This document shows positions 26,372 through 39,595 of a stretch of 64,000 nt of DNA, piece after piece. How positions within the stretch are numbered: the stretch's first letter is position 1; each line of letters opens with the position of its first letter. Location: NCBI GenBank assembly GCA_030390025.1, contig CM059431.1:101558001-101622000 (forward strand), in the 5' to 3' direction. Made by a program: the position numbers and the translations under genes. The notes beneath the pieces are model-generated. The model saw nothing but the letters and a program-made list of their open reading frames with translations, did no database searches and was not told where the DNA came from. Source of the DNA: Squalus acanthias. Taxonomy: Eukaryota.

Positions 26372-29300
26372 GGGGAACAAAATTGCAGGGCTCTGGGGAA
26401 AGAGCAGGGGGAGTGGGACTAATAGGATAGCTCTTTTAAAGAGCCGGCATGGGCCGAAGGGCCTCCTCCTGTGCTGTAAGATTCTATGATCTCCCTTCAC
26501 TTTGTGTGCAATAAGTTTTCCAGCTGTCAAGCTGCCTCGTCACCTGAGCAACAGTGAAAGCCTGCAAAATGTGGAAACATAGTGAGATAGTCTGGAATGA
26601 TTTGAGGTATGAGGCTGGGCGCACGTCAACAAGTCTTTTTATCTAGATTGAATTTTGAAGCGTTACGGGATGAATTGCTATTCCGTACCGTGACACCGCA
26701 GGACCGCGCAATATTTCAGGACTCGTGGAAAGAAGCTACTTTCTTCACGAGAGTTTCATGCCCTGAAATAATTTATGCAGCTGAACGCTATATATAGGTT
26801 AGGCTTCAGGTTTCCGCGAAAAATCGTTTGCACAATCTCTTCCACGAACCAGCGCAATGGCGCAGCGTAATAGAAGGTAGTAAATTCTATTTCTTTTCTT
26901 TTCCATTAACAAGTATTCCCTGCTGTGTTGAAGAGCGGTAACGTGATGCAGTTTGATTTAATTGGGCTGAAAATGGGCTCATCACCAAAAAAAATAAACA
27001 TTTCTAATCGGGGTGTCCAGTCCACCACCTGTGAGTGACCTGATTTAAAATGACTGAACATGACTTTAAAAAAAGCCATTTGATAATGTAACTGGTGGAC
27101 ACGAGTAAATTCTGAGTGAATTAAATCTTCTTTGACCTGAAAAAGCTTTAAGAACGAGCCGACCGGCGCCCGTGCGCCTCAGGCAATGAGCGCGATTTGA
27201 AGAGCCTCCCCGAACCGGTGGACACTCGCGTTGTCGACCGGGGTCGGGGGGCGGGGCCTGATTCGGCGCGAATCGAATCTCGAACCAGCCTAACGGCTCC
27301 CCCCCCCGGAAAACACAGGCACAAGTGGTTTTGGGCGTAACTCACCTACGTTGAACATTCTCCGATCTTTTGCACTGGATCGCGCTGATGTAACGAGTGG
27401 AAACTCGACCCCCCGATGCTATACGGCACTGAAGGAACTTGAACTCCCTTTCAAACCTGTTTTTAAAAAAAAAAAAATCTGACCCTTTTCGGTAATGCAC
27501 TTCCCAGTGTGGAACAGATTTTTTTTTAGAGTTAGCTGGTTTTGACGCGGTTTTATGTCTGCTTTGTGTAATTTTTTTTTTAAAGTGGTCAGGAGGGGAA
27601 TGTACAGCATGAGTACATAAAGGTGGAGTCAACATCGACCTCGAGCGACAAGTTAAGAGGCAGATGGAAACCTTGGACTAAGTTGTTGTTGTTTGACCAA
27701 GCTTTTGGTCACCTGTCCTAATATCTCCTTATGTGGCTCGCTGTCAGATTTTTGTCTTATAACGCGCCTGTGGAAAAAGAAGAAAAAAAGAAAGACTTGC
27801 ATTTATATAGCGCATTACACGACCACCGGACGTCCCAAAGCGTTTTACAGCCAATGAAGTACTTTTGAAGTGTAGTCACTGTTGTAATGTAGAAAACACG
27901 GCAGCCAATCTGTACACAGCAAGGTCCCACAAAGAGCAATGTCTTAATGATCAGATCAAATTTTTTTTTAGGGATGTTGATTGAGGGATAAATATTGGGT
28001 AGGACACCGAGGAGAACTCCCCCTGCTCTTCTTCGAAATAGTGGCCGTGGGATCTTTGATGTCCACCCGACAGAACAGTCGGGGCCTCTGTTTGACGTCT
28101 CATCCCGAACGACGGCACCTCCGACAGTGCAGCACTCCCTCAGCACTGCACTGGGAGTGTCGGCCTAGATTTTAGTGCTGGAGTGGGACTTGAACTCACA
28201 GACTTCTGACTCGGGCGAGGATGCTGCCAGCTGAGCCACGGCTGACACTTTTTGAAGAGCTTTGGGAAGTTTTACTGCATTAAAGGCGCTATATGAATGC
28301 AAGTTGTGCTGACGTCGCGTCTCGAGATTGTTGTAAAAAAGACCCCAATGCAGGATAGACGAGGGAGCTTCGATCGCAGTTCAGATTCTGTTAACTGACC
28401 TCTGATTGGGTACTAAAATTTGCCTCAACGCGCCTGGGCGTCCCACTTCGAATTGCCGCTGCTGCTGCGCGACTCCTTTTCTGGAAAGTGCTCTTTGTGG
28501 ATACCAGCTGACAGATGTGATGCCGCCTGTAGTTGAATAGCAGTTGACGCTTGCTGTGTCGGATCATGCAGGATCAGTGGTCACTTCGGTGAGGCGCTGG
28601 AGAGCGGGTAACACGTGCGGCGTGACACCCGCTGTCATTCAGGAGCGGAGATAGAAACGTCGGAAGGGAATCAATGCAACCATCAAAGTGAGATCACTGC
28701 AGCTTGTTAAATCCACCAATATGCCAGAATCATTACACACACTCTCCTGCCGTACACTGTAGCCTTGAACCATCATCGCTAGGGGAAAAAAAATGAACAC
28801 ATTTCTGGCAAGAAAAATCTGAAGTTTACTTTACTACAGGAAAAACATCTGCATTCTCATTCCTGACCTCCTCCCAGTTCCATCATCGATCTTGTTGACT
28901 CCTCCAGTGAGCATCATTCTGTACAGACCATTTCCTCGCAAAGTAGTTAACCTATGAAGCTGCAAAGATCGGAGTAAAGGTGCCTTACGGCGTGGCTTTA
29001 CACTGACTAGCACTCTGATACCTGCCGCAAAAGGCAATTCTGCATGCGTGAGCCCAGCACTAATGAGTACCGGCAGACTGTGCAACCGTGATGGTATCTC
29101 GGCCTATCTCTGTCCTCACACACAGCATCTGCACGCACACACTCTCCTGCGGGCGCATGGGAACACCACCACCTGCAAGTTCCCCTCCCAGTCACGCACA
29201 CCATCCTGACTTGGAAGTATATCGGCCGATCCTTCATCGTCGCTGGGTCAAAATCCTGGAACTCCCTCCCTAACAGCACTGTGGGAGTACCTTCACCACA

Positions 29301-30545
29301 CGGACTGCAGCGGTTCAAGAAGGCGTTTCACCACCACCTTCTCGAGGGCAATTAGGGATGGGCAATAAATGCTGGCCTTGCCAGTGACGTCCAATCCCAG
29401 GAACGAATTAAAAAAAATCTCAGTGCATAGCAATCAGCAGCAATTACCCTGGCTGTTGGTTTTCCAAACCATCCTGGAGAGCAGGAGGGATAATTGCCGT
29501 GCTTTCAGTGCTGTCTTGGCACAGTTCAACTCTTCAGCAGAGACCAGAGATTGAACCTGGGTGTTTCCTGATCATTATGGTGCATCACCACCCCTACATA
29601 GTGCTCTCGCCCTCTGAACTATTGTAGGGGGTGGGGGAGAGGCGACCTTCTTCAGTTTTCTAACGAGAGATTTACTGTGCAAAATTTGGGTCATTGATCA
29701 AGCACTTGGTATGGATGGAATGGAACCCAAGGTTTCTCACTGCCTTCAGGGCCAGTATTTGGACTCTTCTGCCTGTCACTGTATTTAAATAGTGGTCAAA
29801 GATATGCCACTGTAATTCACTGAAAATGTGTTTGTTTGGCGGTCTGTTCTATATTTAACTTTCTGAGGTTGGTAAGGGTGTCATTTCAGTCTTGGTTTGT
29901 GAAGCTGGTTATTTGTGACGTCAATCTCCAGTGCATTTCTTGTGTCATATTGGCCGTGAATGATGCTGGTGAATTTACAGAATGCTGACTGTCATCCAGA
30001 ACTGCCCGATCGAAGGTCTTCGGCACACCTCAGACACAGCACCAATTTACGTCGAGTGTAGGTTCTTGGGGTTTGGCCCACAGGTAGTTAAAGATCACTT
30101 GGAACATCAACAGTTTGGCTGCAAAATCTGGGCCAGTAAAAACGATGTACTTCCGTGTTGGTATTGGAAGCTCAGAGCAGAGGCGGCGTATCAAGAACCC
30201 AGTGTGTAGCAGTACAGTAACCAGCGCGCGCATCCACTGATCTGACAGACTGGCATCGCTCATCCATTGCTAAATCTACTGGCTTCACGGCTTGCAGACA
30301 AGTGTCAATGCTGGATCGCGCGTAGAGAAACGCACATCCTTCATCGTATAAACCGTTCACCACCAGTTAGGTGAGTGGCAGCGTACGACAAGTGTCATCC
30401 GACATAGACTTGCAATACTGGCTGGCGGTGGATATTTTTGGGATCCAATTTCAATAACCAGAGTCATTGAATATTAACAGAAGGGGAAAAGATTTCTCAG
30501 CAAGACTGAGGTTTAACTTCCTGGGATCTACAACTAAAAATATAT

Positions 30546-31205
30546 GGGGCCAGATCTCGCTGGAGTGGGGCATCTTGCGCCGTACCCCATTACTGAGACT
30601 TTTTTTCCCTCACTCGTCTCTCAAATTTTTCGCACTGTAACTTGCTGGCAGTGTGAGCTGGTAACGGCAACAGGGCATCTGGGACCTCGGTCAACGACGG
30701 GACCAACAGTCTATCTCCTTAACCACTGAGAGTACAGGATTGAGAAAGAAACAGAGGAACGGCAGAGAAAGAAATCGGGTGAATTAGAGTCAAATCAGGT
30801 ACAGAAAGAGAGGGAAAGAACAATTTACCAGCTGCAGGAATGAGACTCCACAGTTTCAGTTGTTCCCTTCCCGGGCCGGAGAGGTTGAGCGGCATTGCAG
30901 GGACAGAAATCTCCTCATTAAAAGGGTCCTTACGCCGTTAAGTACCAGCCCTAACTTTCCACGGCGAGTTTAACGGGTAATTAATGCGCAAATGCAGCGA
31001 TTTCCTGAAACTCGCAGGGAGGTCGAGGGCGAGCTGCCGTTTTCGCGAGGCTAACGGGTGGAGCGGCGCAAATCGCCCGGCAACTCGTGGCGATTCGCAA
31101 CTCATGGGGGAATCTCTCCCTCGCCACAAGTTGCCGGACGGTTCACACGTCAATAACGGCGAGCGCCATTAAACGCATCGTTACTTTGGCAACAAAATCT
31201 GGCCC
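30546..31205. mobile_element. Non-autonomous TIR element, same GGGCC-type ends
   Basis: ggggccagatctcgc / caacaaaatctggccc. Confidence 0.6.
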
Positions 31206-31894
31206 ATACTATAATGAATAAGAAAAATAGTTAGAGGGGGAGGGGCAAGAGAGGGATACCTTCAATAGTTCAGCCAATGTAAATTGACTCATTTCCAGTC
31301 ATTTGTTATTGCCAGATTCACAAATCTCAGCCGACTTTGAAACAAAAATTAAGTTTTTATTTTTCAGAATAAACCTCCGCCTTTTAACTTTGCGTAGTTT
31401 TGAGATGATGAACGATCTCCAGTGACCTCTGTGTGCAAGGCACACTGCTGCCATATGAACTGCTGTCAAGGGAGCAGAATCATAGCTGCACCACCCATGA
31501 TGATGCACGAGATCCGAAGCTACGAGTTCAGAACAAGTTGACTTTATTTTGGTCGCTGTGTCTTTTCAGCCATCAATCTACCAAATGCACAGAACGTTTG
31601 GATACATAGAGTTCCATGAAAAGGGTGCAGAGCGGAGCTTAAAACTGTTGACCTATTATAATTTATCAAGCTCGCTAACTGTTTTTAAAAATCTAATTGA
31701 AAATCAAAACTAACTCCGAGTGCACTTTATACCAGTTCATTATCGTTCACGCCCAAATTTAATTTGTGTTGGTTAATGTTTTTTTTTGCACATCTGTTGG
31801 TCATTGAAAGTCCCTGGAAAAATTCCACATAGAATCCCGCCGGAATATTACTCAACATCCATTATATCTGTTAACCATTCCGAGTACTTTAGTC

Positions 31895-33032
31895 CAGTAC
31901 TGAGGGAGCGCCGCACTGTCGGAAGGGCGGTACTGAGGGAGCGCTGCACTGTCGGAGGGGCAGTACTGAGGGAGCGCTGCACTGTCGGAGGGGCAGTACT
32001 GAGGGAGCGTCGCACTGTCGGAGGGGCAGTACTAAGGGAGTGCTGCACTGTCGGAGGGGCAGTACTGAGGGAGCGCCGCACTGTCGGAGGGGCAGTACTG
32101 AGGGAGCACTGCACTGTCGGAGGGGCAGTACTGAGGGAGCACTGCACTGTCGGAGGGGCAGTACTGAGGGAGCACCGCACTGTCGGAGGGGCAGTACTGA
32201 GGGAGCGCCGCACTGTCGGAGGGGCAGTACTGAGGGAGCGCCGCACTGTCGGAGGGGCAGTACTGAGGGAGCGCCGCACTGTCGGAGGGGCAGTACTGAG
32301 GGAGCGCCGCACTGTCGGAGGGGCAGTACTGAGGGAATGCGCCTCACTGTCGGAGGGGCAGTACTGAGGGCGTGCTGCACTGTCGGAGGGGCAGTACTGA
32401 GGGAATGCGCCGCACTGTCGGAGGGGCAGTACTGAGGGAGCGCCGCACTGTCGGAGGGGCAGTACTGAGGGAGCGCCGCACTGTCGGAGGGGCAGTACTG
32501 AGGGAGCGCTGCACTGTCGGAGGGGCAGTACTGAGGGAGTTCCGCACTGTCAGAGGTGCCATCTTTCAGATGAGACGTTAAACCGAGGCCCCGTCTGCGC
32601 GCTCAGGTGGACGTAAGAGGTTCCACGGCCACCATTCTGAAGAAGAGCAGGGGAGTTCTCCCCGGTGTCCTGGGCTAATATTTATCCAAGGGAATGAACA
32701 ACCTTAAAATTAGAGCTGGGACTGTTCAGGGGTGAGATCAGGAAGCACCATTTTGAGAGGCCATGATCTTCACCTCCAGGTTCAACACTAAATGTAAAGC
32801 TCATTAAACTTAAGGTGTCACTCGACAACCTGGTGCTTTCCCTCAACCAACATAACAAAAACACATTATCTGGTCATTATCACATTGCTGTCCGTGGGAG
32901 CTTGCTGTGCGCAAATTGGCTGCCTCGTTTCCCACATTACAGCAGTGACTACACTTTGAAAAAAGCACTTCATTGGCTACAAAGCGCTTTGGGACATCCT
33001 GAGGTCGTGAAAGGCGCTATAGAAATGCAAGT
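31895..33032 (+). mobile_element. Headless SINE starting inside a 33-bp array (31895-32553, about 20 units)
   Basis: The array runs directly into the SINE body; extra sequence is inserted at about 32690-32835. Confidence 0.87.
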
Positions 33033-34277
33033 TCTGGGAACAACGTTTGCTGTGATTAACAGAGTGTAGTTCTTGTTCATTCAGCATTGTAGGAGTTTTA
33101 AAAAATGGATTTGAACCCGAGCAGTACGAGGTGTTGCAGTTGAGCTGTGCTCCTTCCAATAAATAAGAAGTGACTGCACAGCAAACCTGTTTGCCTAAAC
33201 TAATTGTAGCCATTTCAATCGTTCTGTTGTTAACCATTCATTTCATTTGTAGGTTTTCTGGTACTGACTGTGTAGTGGGCTGGTTGGAATGTGCACTGGA
33301 ATGAATCGTCAAAGGGCAAACATTAATTCACAGAAGGTTGTGACCAGTACATGTACATCATCTAATGAGCCAAAGCATTCAAAGGCTCCAATTATGGGTG
33401 TTTTTCAACAAAAATAAAGTGTTCTCGATGCAGGCGACGCTCGCTTGACCGCATTCACTGGCCGTCCCGAGCTGCCCTGAGAAAATGGTGGTGGGCCGCC
33501 TTGAACTGCTCCCCCGCCCCCCCCCCCCCCCCCCCCCCCACACCTTGCGTTGATGGATTTCCCACAGTGGTGCGAGGGAGGGAATTCCAGGACGCTGACC
33601 CCACAATTCGCCCGAAGAAAATTAGCAGCTCAGACATGCGGACTTGGGAAGATAGGATCAGGAGTTGGCCATTCGGCCCCTCGAGCCTGTCCAGCCATTC
33701 AATTCGATCATGGCTGATCTGTATCTTAACCCCAGTTACCCGCCTTGATTCCATAGTCCTCAATACCCGTGCCCAACAAAAATCTATCAATCTATGTTTT
33801 GAAATTTTCAATTGATTTCGCCCCCCGCCCCCGAGCCTCAACAGCTTTTAGTGGGGGAGAGTTCCAGATTTCCACTACTCTTTGTGTGAAGAAGTGCTTC
33901 CTAAAACTTTACCTGCTGACTTCAAGCTCAAGAGATCTGCTCTTCGAATCTTGAAATGGGCCATCCCACATCAGTGCTGGTTGGTCACAGCAGGTCGAAT
34001 CTTGACAGGGAGAGAGGCTGGGCATTGGTCTGAGGGAGTAGACTATCAGGACTCGGAGCCTATCAGGCAGAGGGCTCCCTGAAAGGACCATCCATGACCA
34101 GGAACTTGGTCGTTGCCTCAGTTTCAACCTAGGAAAAGTTGCCCAATACCCCGAGTAGATAGAAGGTCAGCTTCGTGGCGGTTGACCTCATTCGTGAAGG
34201 TAATATTGAGTAAAATTAGAAACAACAACTTGTATTTTTACAGAAGAAAAACACTGTGGATGCTGGAGATCTGAAAT

Positions 34278-34806
34278 AGAGTCATACAGCACAGAAAGAG
34301 GCCCTTTGGCCCATCGTGTCCACGCCGGCCATCAAGCCCTGTCTATTCTAATCCCATTTTCCAGCACTTGGTCCGTAGCCTTGTATGCTATGGCGTTTCA
34401 AGTGCTCATCTAAATGCTTCTTGAATGTTGTGAGGGTTCCTGCCTCTACCACCCTTTCAGGCAGTGAGTTCCAGATTCCAACCACCCCCTGGGTGAAAAA
34501 GTTTTTCCTCAAACCCCCTCTAAACCTCCTGCCCCTTACCTTGAAACTATGCCCCCTGGTTATTGACCCCTCTACTAAGGGGAAAAATTCCTTTCTATCT
34601 ACCCAATCTATGCCCCTCATAATTTTTTACACCTCGATCAGGTCCCCCCTCAGCCTTCTCTGCTCCAAGGAAAATAACCCCAGCCTGTCCAGTCTCTCTT
34701 CATAGCTGAAGCGCTCCAGCCCAGGTAACATCCTGGTGAATCTCCTCTGCACCCTCTCCAATGCAATCACATCCTTCCTATAGTGTGGCGACCAGAACTG
34801 CACACA
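34278..34806 (-). mobile_element. CR1 3' fragment inserted into a Penelope end
   Basis: ORF 34348-34620. The Penelope tail 'gatgctggagatctgaaata|...|gaaatgctggaaacactcagc' is split around it. Confidence 0.85.
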
Positions 34807-35377
34807 GGAAATGCTGGAAACACTCAGCAGGTCAGGCAGCGTCCGTGGAGAGAGAGAAACAGAGTCAACGTTTCAGGTCGATGATCTTTTGTCAGAACTC
34901 ATTTGGTTACGCCACACTTAAGAGTGCCACAACAACAACAACTTGCATTTATATAGCGCCTTTAACGTAGCAAAACGTCCCAAGGCGCTTCACAGGAGCG
35001 TCATCAAACAAAATTTGACACCGAGCCACAAAAGGAGATATTAAGACAGGTGACCAAAAGCTTGGTGAAAGATGTAGGTTTTGAGAAGCGTCAAAACCAA
35101 TTCTGGAGAGTTTTGACAGGAGTGCAGAAGGTAAGTTTGAGTCGATAATGTACAGATAATTTTCCATTCATGTATTTGGGAAACTCATGAATGAACTGAA
35201 AGCCCAATCTTCGGAGTGTGACTGTATTAAATAACGGGTTGTATACATTGGATATTCCTGTATTTGTGGAGTCTGAGGTGAAATCCAGGGGCTGCAAGCT
35301 ATGTAAGTGACACTTGTCAATGTTTTGTAAACCAATCGATCCTTTAATATGAAAAGTCTTCCCTCTGCATGCATTTC

Positions 35378-35732
35378 CTGATAGAGGTCATGAAGGGGTT
35401 TGATTGGGTAGACCGAGAGAAGATGTTTTCACTTGTGGGAGAGACTAAAAGTTAGGGGACAATAAATATACGATAGTCACTAATAAATCCAATCGGGAGT
35501 TCAGGAGAAATTTCTTTACCCAGAGAGTGCCGAGAATGTGGAACTCGCTACCACAGGGAGTGGTTGAGGCGAACGGCAGAGATGGCTTTAAGGGAAACAC
35601 ACGAGGGAGAAAGGAATAGAACGATATGCTGATGAAGTTAGATGAAGAGGGGTGGGAGGAGGCTCGTGTGGAGCATAAACATCGGCACACTTGGGTCGAA
35701 TGGCCTGTTTCTGTGCTGTAAATATTATGTAA
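35378..35732 (+). mobile_element. CR1 3' fragment
   Basis: Same family as 95-522. Confidence 0.83.
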
Positions 35733-36852
35733 CGGTTAGGGTATAAATTGTTTTTAAATCATCATCATCTCTGAGAGCAGTTCTTCAGGGTGTAGTTTTT
35801 TTATTGTCCACTTCAATTATGCCTTTATGTCTGTTCTGTGTAGTTGAATGAGAACAATCAAGAGCAAAAAATTTAATTTTTTTTCCCCATAAGTATTTGT
35901 GACCTATTCTTGGAACCATACTTTATGTTCTTCTCCATCAGGAGCGAATGGCTTGGCTTATTGAAAGGTTCAGGCGTGTATCCCCATTGCAAAATATCGA
36001 AGCAACAACTTTACATGTCTAGTTTTATTGAATCTAAGTTAATGAAAAGTATTGTCGGAGGATTTTGGCCATACATATAACTTTATAATTCACTGTCAGG
36101 CAGCAAGAAATGATTGCAGTACCATATCCGCAAAGGAACAATCAAGCAAGAGGCGAGAACCTTGAAGGCTGCTGCTGGAGGTGAAGCTGAGGATAAGCCG
36201 AGAATAGTTGGTATACACAATAACTATTGGAAACTTGTTGCCACAGGGAGTGGTTGAGGTGAATAGCAGAGATGCATTTAAGGGGAAGATAGATAAACAC
36301 ATGAGGGAGAAAGGAATAGAAGGATATGCAGATAGGGTGAGATGAAGAAGGGCGGGAGGAGGCTCGTGTAGAGCATAAACACCGGCATGGACCAGTCGGG
36401 CCGAATGGCCTGTTTCTGTGCTGCACATTCTATGTAATTCTACGTAATAGACCAGCATCGACCGATGCTATTGTGATGAATTCTCTCTCAAGTATTCCGT
36501 GGTTTCGCAAGCCGATGAGTGTGCAAGTCAAACCGCCTATTGACAATCTTATTTTCCTTTATCTCAGCATCTTTAAAAGATACCATGATTGAACATGTCA
36601 TGATCTAAGGACATCCCAAAGCCCTTCACAGGCAAGGAAGTATATTCGGCAGCTGGATAATGTTGTAACGGAGGAAAACGCAGCAGCCAATTTGCGCGCA
36701 ACCAAGGTTCCACAAATCAGCGGCGAGATAAATAACCAGATCATCTGGGGGTTATGTTTGGTGATATTGGTTGAGGGATGAATGTTGTTACTGTGCTGTA
36801 CGTTCTATCTATCAAAATGAATATTTTCTTGACTTGTTCAGCAGAATGTTCT

Positions 36853-37899
36853 GATGGTTGTGGTGGTTGAAGGTGAATCATCACAGCCCCAGGACATCGC
36901 TGCAGGAGTTCCTCAGGGCAGTGTCCTCGGCCCAACCATCTTCAGCTGCTTCATCAATGACCTTCCCTCCAACATAAGGTCTGAAATGGGGATGTTCGCT
37001 GATGACTGCACAGTGTCCAGTGCCATTCGCAACTCCTCAGATAATGAAGCAGTCCACGCCCGCATGCAACAAGACCTGGACGACGTGCAGGCTTGGGCTG
37101 ATAAGTGGCAGGTAACATTCGCGCCACAGAAGTGCCAGGCAATGACCATCTCCAACAAGCGAGAGTCTAACCACCTCCCCTTGACATTCAACGGCATTAC
37201 CATCGCCGAATCCCCCACCATCAACATCCTGGGGGTCACCATTGACCAGAAACTTAACTGGACCAGCCACATAAATACTGTGGCAACAAGAGCAGGTCAG
37301 AGGTTAGGTATTCTGCGGCGAGTGTCTCACCTCCTGACTCCCCAAAGCCTTTCCACCATCTACAAGGCACAAGTAAGGAGTGTGATGGAATATTCTCCAC
37401 TTGCCTGGATGAGTGCAGCTGCAACAACACTCAAGAAGCTCGACACAATCCAGGACAAAGCAGCCCGCTTGATTGGCACCCCATCCACCACCTTAAACGT
37501 TCACTCCCTCCACCACCGGCGCACCGTGGCTGCAGTGTGTACCATCTACAAGATGCACTGCAGCAACTCGCCAAGGCTTCTTCGACAGCACCTCCCAAAC
37601 CCGCGACCTCTTCCACCTAGAAGGACAAGGACAGCAGGCGCATGGGAACACCACCACCTCCAAGTTCCCCTCCAAGTCACACCATCCTGACTTGGAAGTA
37701 TATCGCCGATCCTTCATCATCGCTGGGTCAAAATCCTGGAACTCCCTCCCTAACAGCACTGTGGGAGCACCTTCACCACACGGACTGCAGTGGTTCAAGA
37801 AGGCGGCTCATCACCACCTTCTCAAGGGCAACTAGGGATGGGCAATAAATGCTGGCATTGCCAGCGACGCCCACATCCCATAAATGAATTTAAAAAAAA
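36853..37899 (+). mobile_element. Non-LTR LINE 3' part (CR1/L2 group, distinct family); RT C-terminal half
   Basis: GVPQGSVLGP...FADD...WQVTFAPQKCQ; ends gggatgggcaataaatgctggc...cccacatccc-A-rich. Shorter copies at 21335-21730 (+), 22310-22648 (-), 29148-29418 (+), 33430-33600 (-) and 61130-61393 (-). Confidence 0.88.
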
Positions 37900-37939
37900 G
37901 CAACATGTCCAACTCTAACTAAAATAATCCACACAGACT

Positions 37940-38830
37940 TTGGTATCAATGAAACTGAGGTTCTAAAGAAGCTTGAAGGGCTCTATCAGCAAGTCCTCAA
38001 GGACTGCTGGCATCTATCTCAAGAGTATTGAATGACTCTGGATGAAATTTGTGAATGGCTGAGTGGTTATGAGAGATTGGAACTAAGAGAAAGAGGATAA
38101 ATGAAATCCAGGCATTGCAGACCTATCAATCTACCATCAGCACCTGGAGTCGATCATCAGCAGTCATGTTTGAGGAGTATCTGGAAGGGAATAATTTAAT
38201 AAATACAAGCCAACATCGCTTAAGAACAGGATGTTTCTATCTGACAAATCTTGATGTTTTGTTTGAGGAAATTATATCCCAGTAGACACAGGAAAACCAT
38301 ATGACCTGGCATACTTGGATTTCCCATAAACCTTCAATAAAGTTCCGAGCAAAAGGTTGCTACCGAAACTGAAATCCTGAAGAATTCAAGGAAAAAAGCA
38401 GGGCTTGAATAGAGAATGAGCTGAGGGAAAGAGAACCGGCGGATACTTGCCAGGGGAATGATGTCAGGATGGGTGAAGTACTGAGTAGAGTGCACTCTAG
38501 TTCAGTGCTGGAATCTTACTGTTCCTAATCTACATGAAAGATGCAGATAAAGAAATCCAATGCAAACTGTAGACGATATTTAAGCAGCTTGGGATGTAAA
38601 AAAGCAATTAAATAAAATCTGCCATTTGGCCAAATCAACGGCGGGTGAAATTCAATACAGAGAAGTGCAACATGTAACATGTTGAGGACACAGAGAAGTG
38701 AATGTTGCAGATGTACAATGGAGAGTGTTGAAATGGTCATCAGAAAGTGGCCTGGGTGTTGTATGAAATCCCTGTATTGTCGCAATAAGCAAAGCCAATA
38801 GAGTGCTTAATTAAAATGCTAGGTCAGTTG
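37940..38830 (+). pseudogene. Old, heavily decayed CR1 RT remnant
   Basis: Relics of RPISLT, CLTNL and YLDF..FNKVP motifs with many stops and frameshifts. Confidence 0.7.
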
Positions 38831-38835
38831 AATAT

Positions 38836-39595
38836 GAAACATAGAAAAATAGGAGCAGGAGTCGGCCATTCGGCCCTTCGAGCCTGCTCCGCCATTCAAT
38901 ATGATCATGGCTGATCCACTATCTCAATACCATATTCCCGCTCTCTCCCTATACCCCTTGATGCCTTTTGTGTCTAGAAATCTATCTATCTCCTTCTTAA
39001 ATATATTCAGTGACTTGGCCTCCACAGCCTTCTGTGGTAGAGAATTCCACAGGTTCACCACCCTCTGAGTGAAGAAATTTCTCCTCATCTCAGTCCTAAA
39101 TGTCCTACCCCGTAACCTGAGACTGTGACCCCTCGTTCTAGACCCCCCAGCCAGGGGAAACATCCTCCCTGCATCCAGTCTGTCTAGCCCTGTCAGAATT
39201 TTATATGTTTCAATGAGATCCCCTCTCATTCTTCTAAACTCTAGTGAATACAGGCCTAGTCGACCCAATCTCTCCTCATACAACAGTCCTGCCATCCCAG
39301 GAATCAGTCTGGTGAACCTTCGGTGCACTCCCTCTGTGGCAAGTATATCCTTCCTTATGTAAGGAGACCAAAACTGCACACAGTGCTCCAGGTGTGGTCT
39401 CACCAAGGCCCTGTATAACTGTAGTAAGACATCCTTGCTCCTGTACTCAAATCCTCTTGCAATGAAGACCAACATACCATTTGACTTCCTAACTGCTTGC
39501 TGCACCTGCATGCTTGCTTTCAGTGATTGGTGTACAAGGACACCCAGGTCCCTTTGTACATCAGCATTTCCCAATTTAGCACCATTTAAATAATA
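38836..39595 (-). mobile_element. CR1 LINE 3' part (continuation of 43721-45715)
   Basis: YLNGAKLGNADVQRDLGVLVH...[16 protein letters not shown], followed by the CR1 3' hairpin and tail. Confidence 0.9.

Noticed and set aside
31895..32553. 33-bp arrays as CRISPR arrays
   Set aside because: The units are head-to-tail with no unique spacers, there are no cas genes, and they lie inside SINEs in vertebrate DNA.
35120..35136. 11-nt micro-exon ag|GAGTGCAGAAG|gtaagt
   Set aside because: The donor is strong, but the pyrimidine tract is poor, it adjoins an L2 fragment, and it does not preserve frame; unsupported without RNA data.
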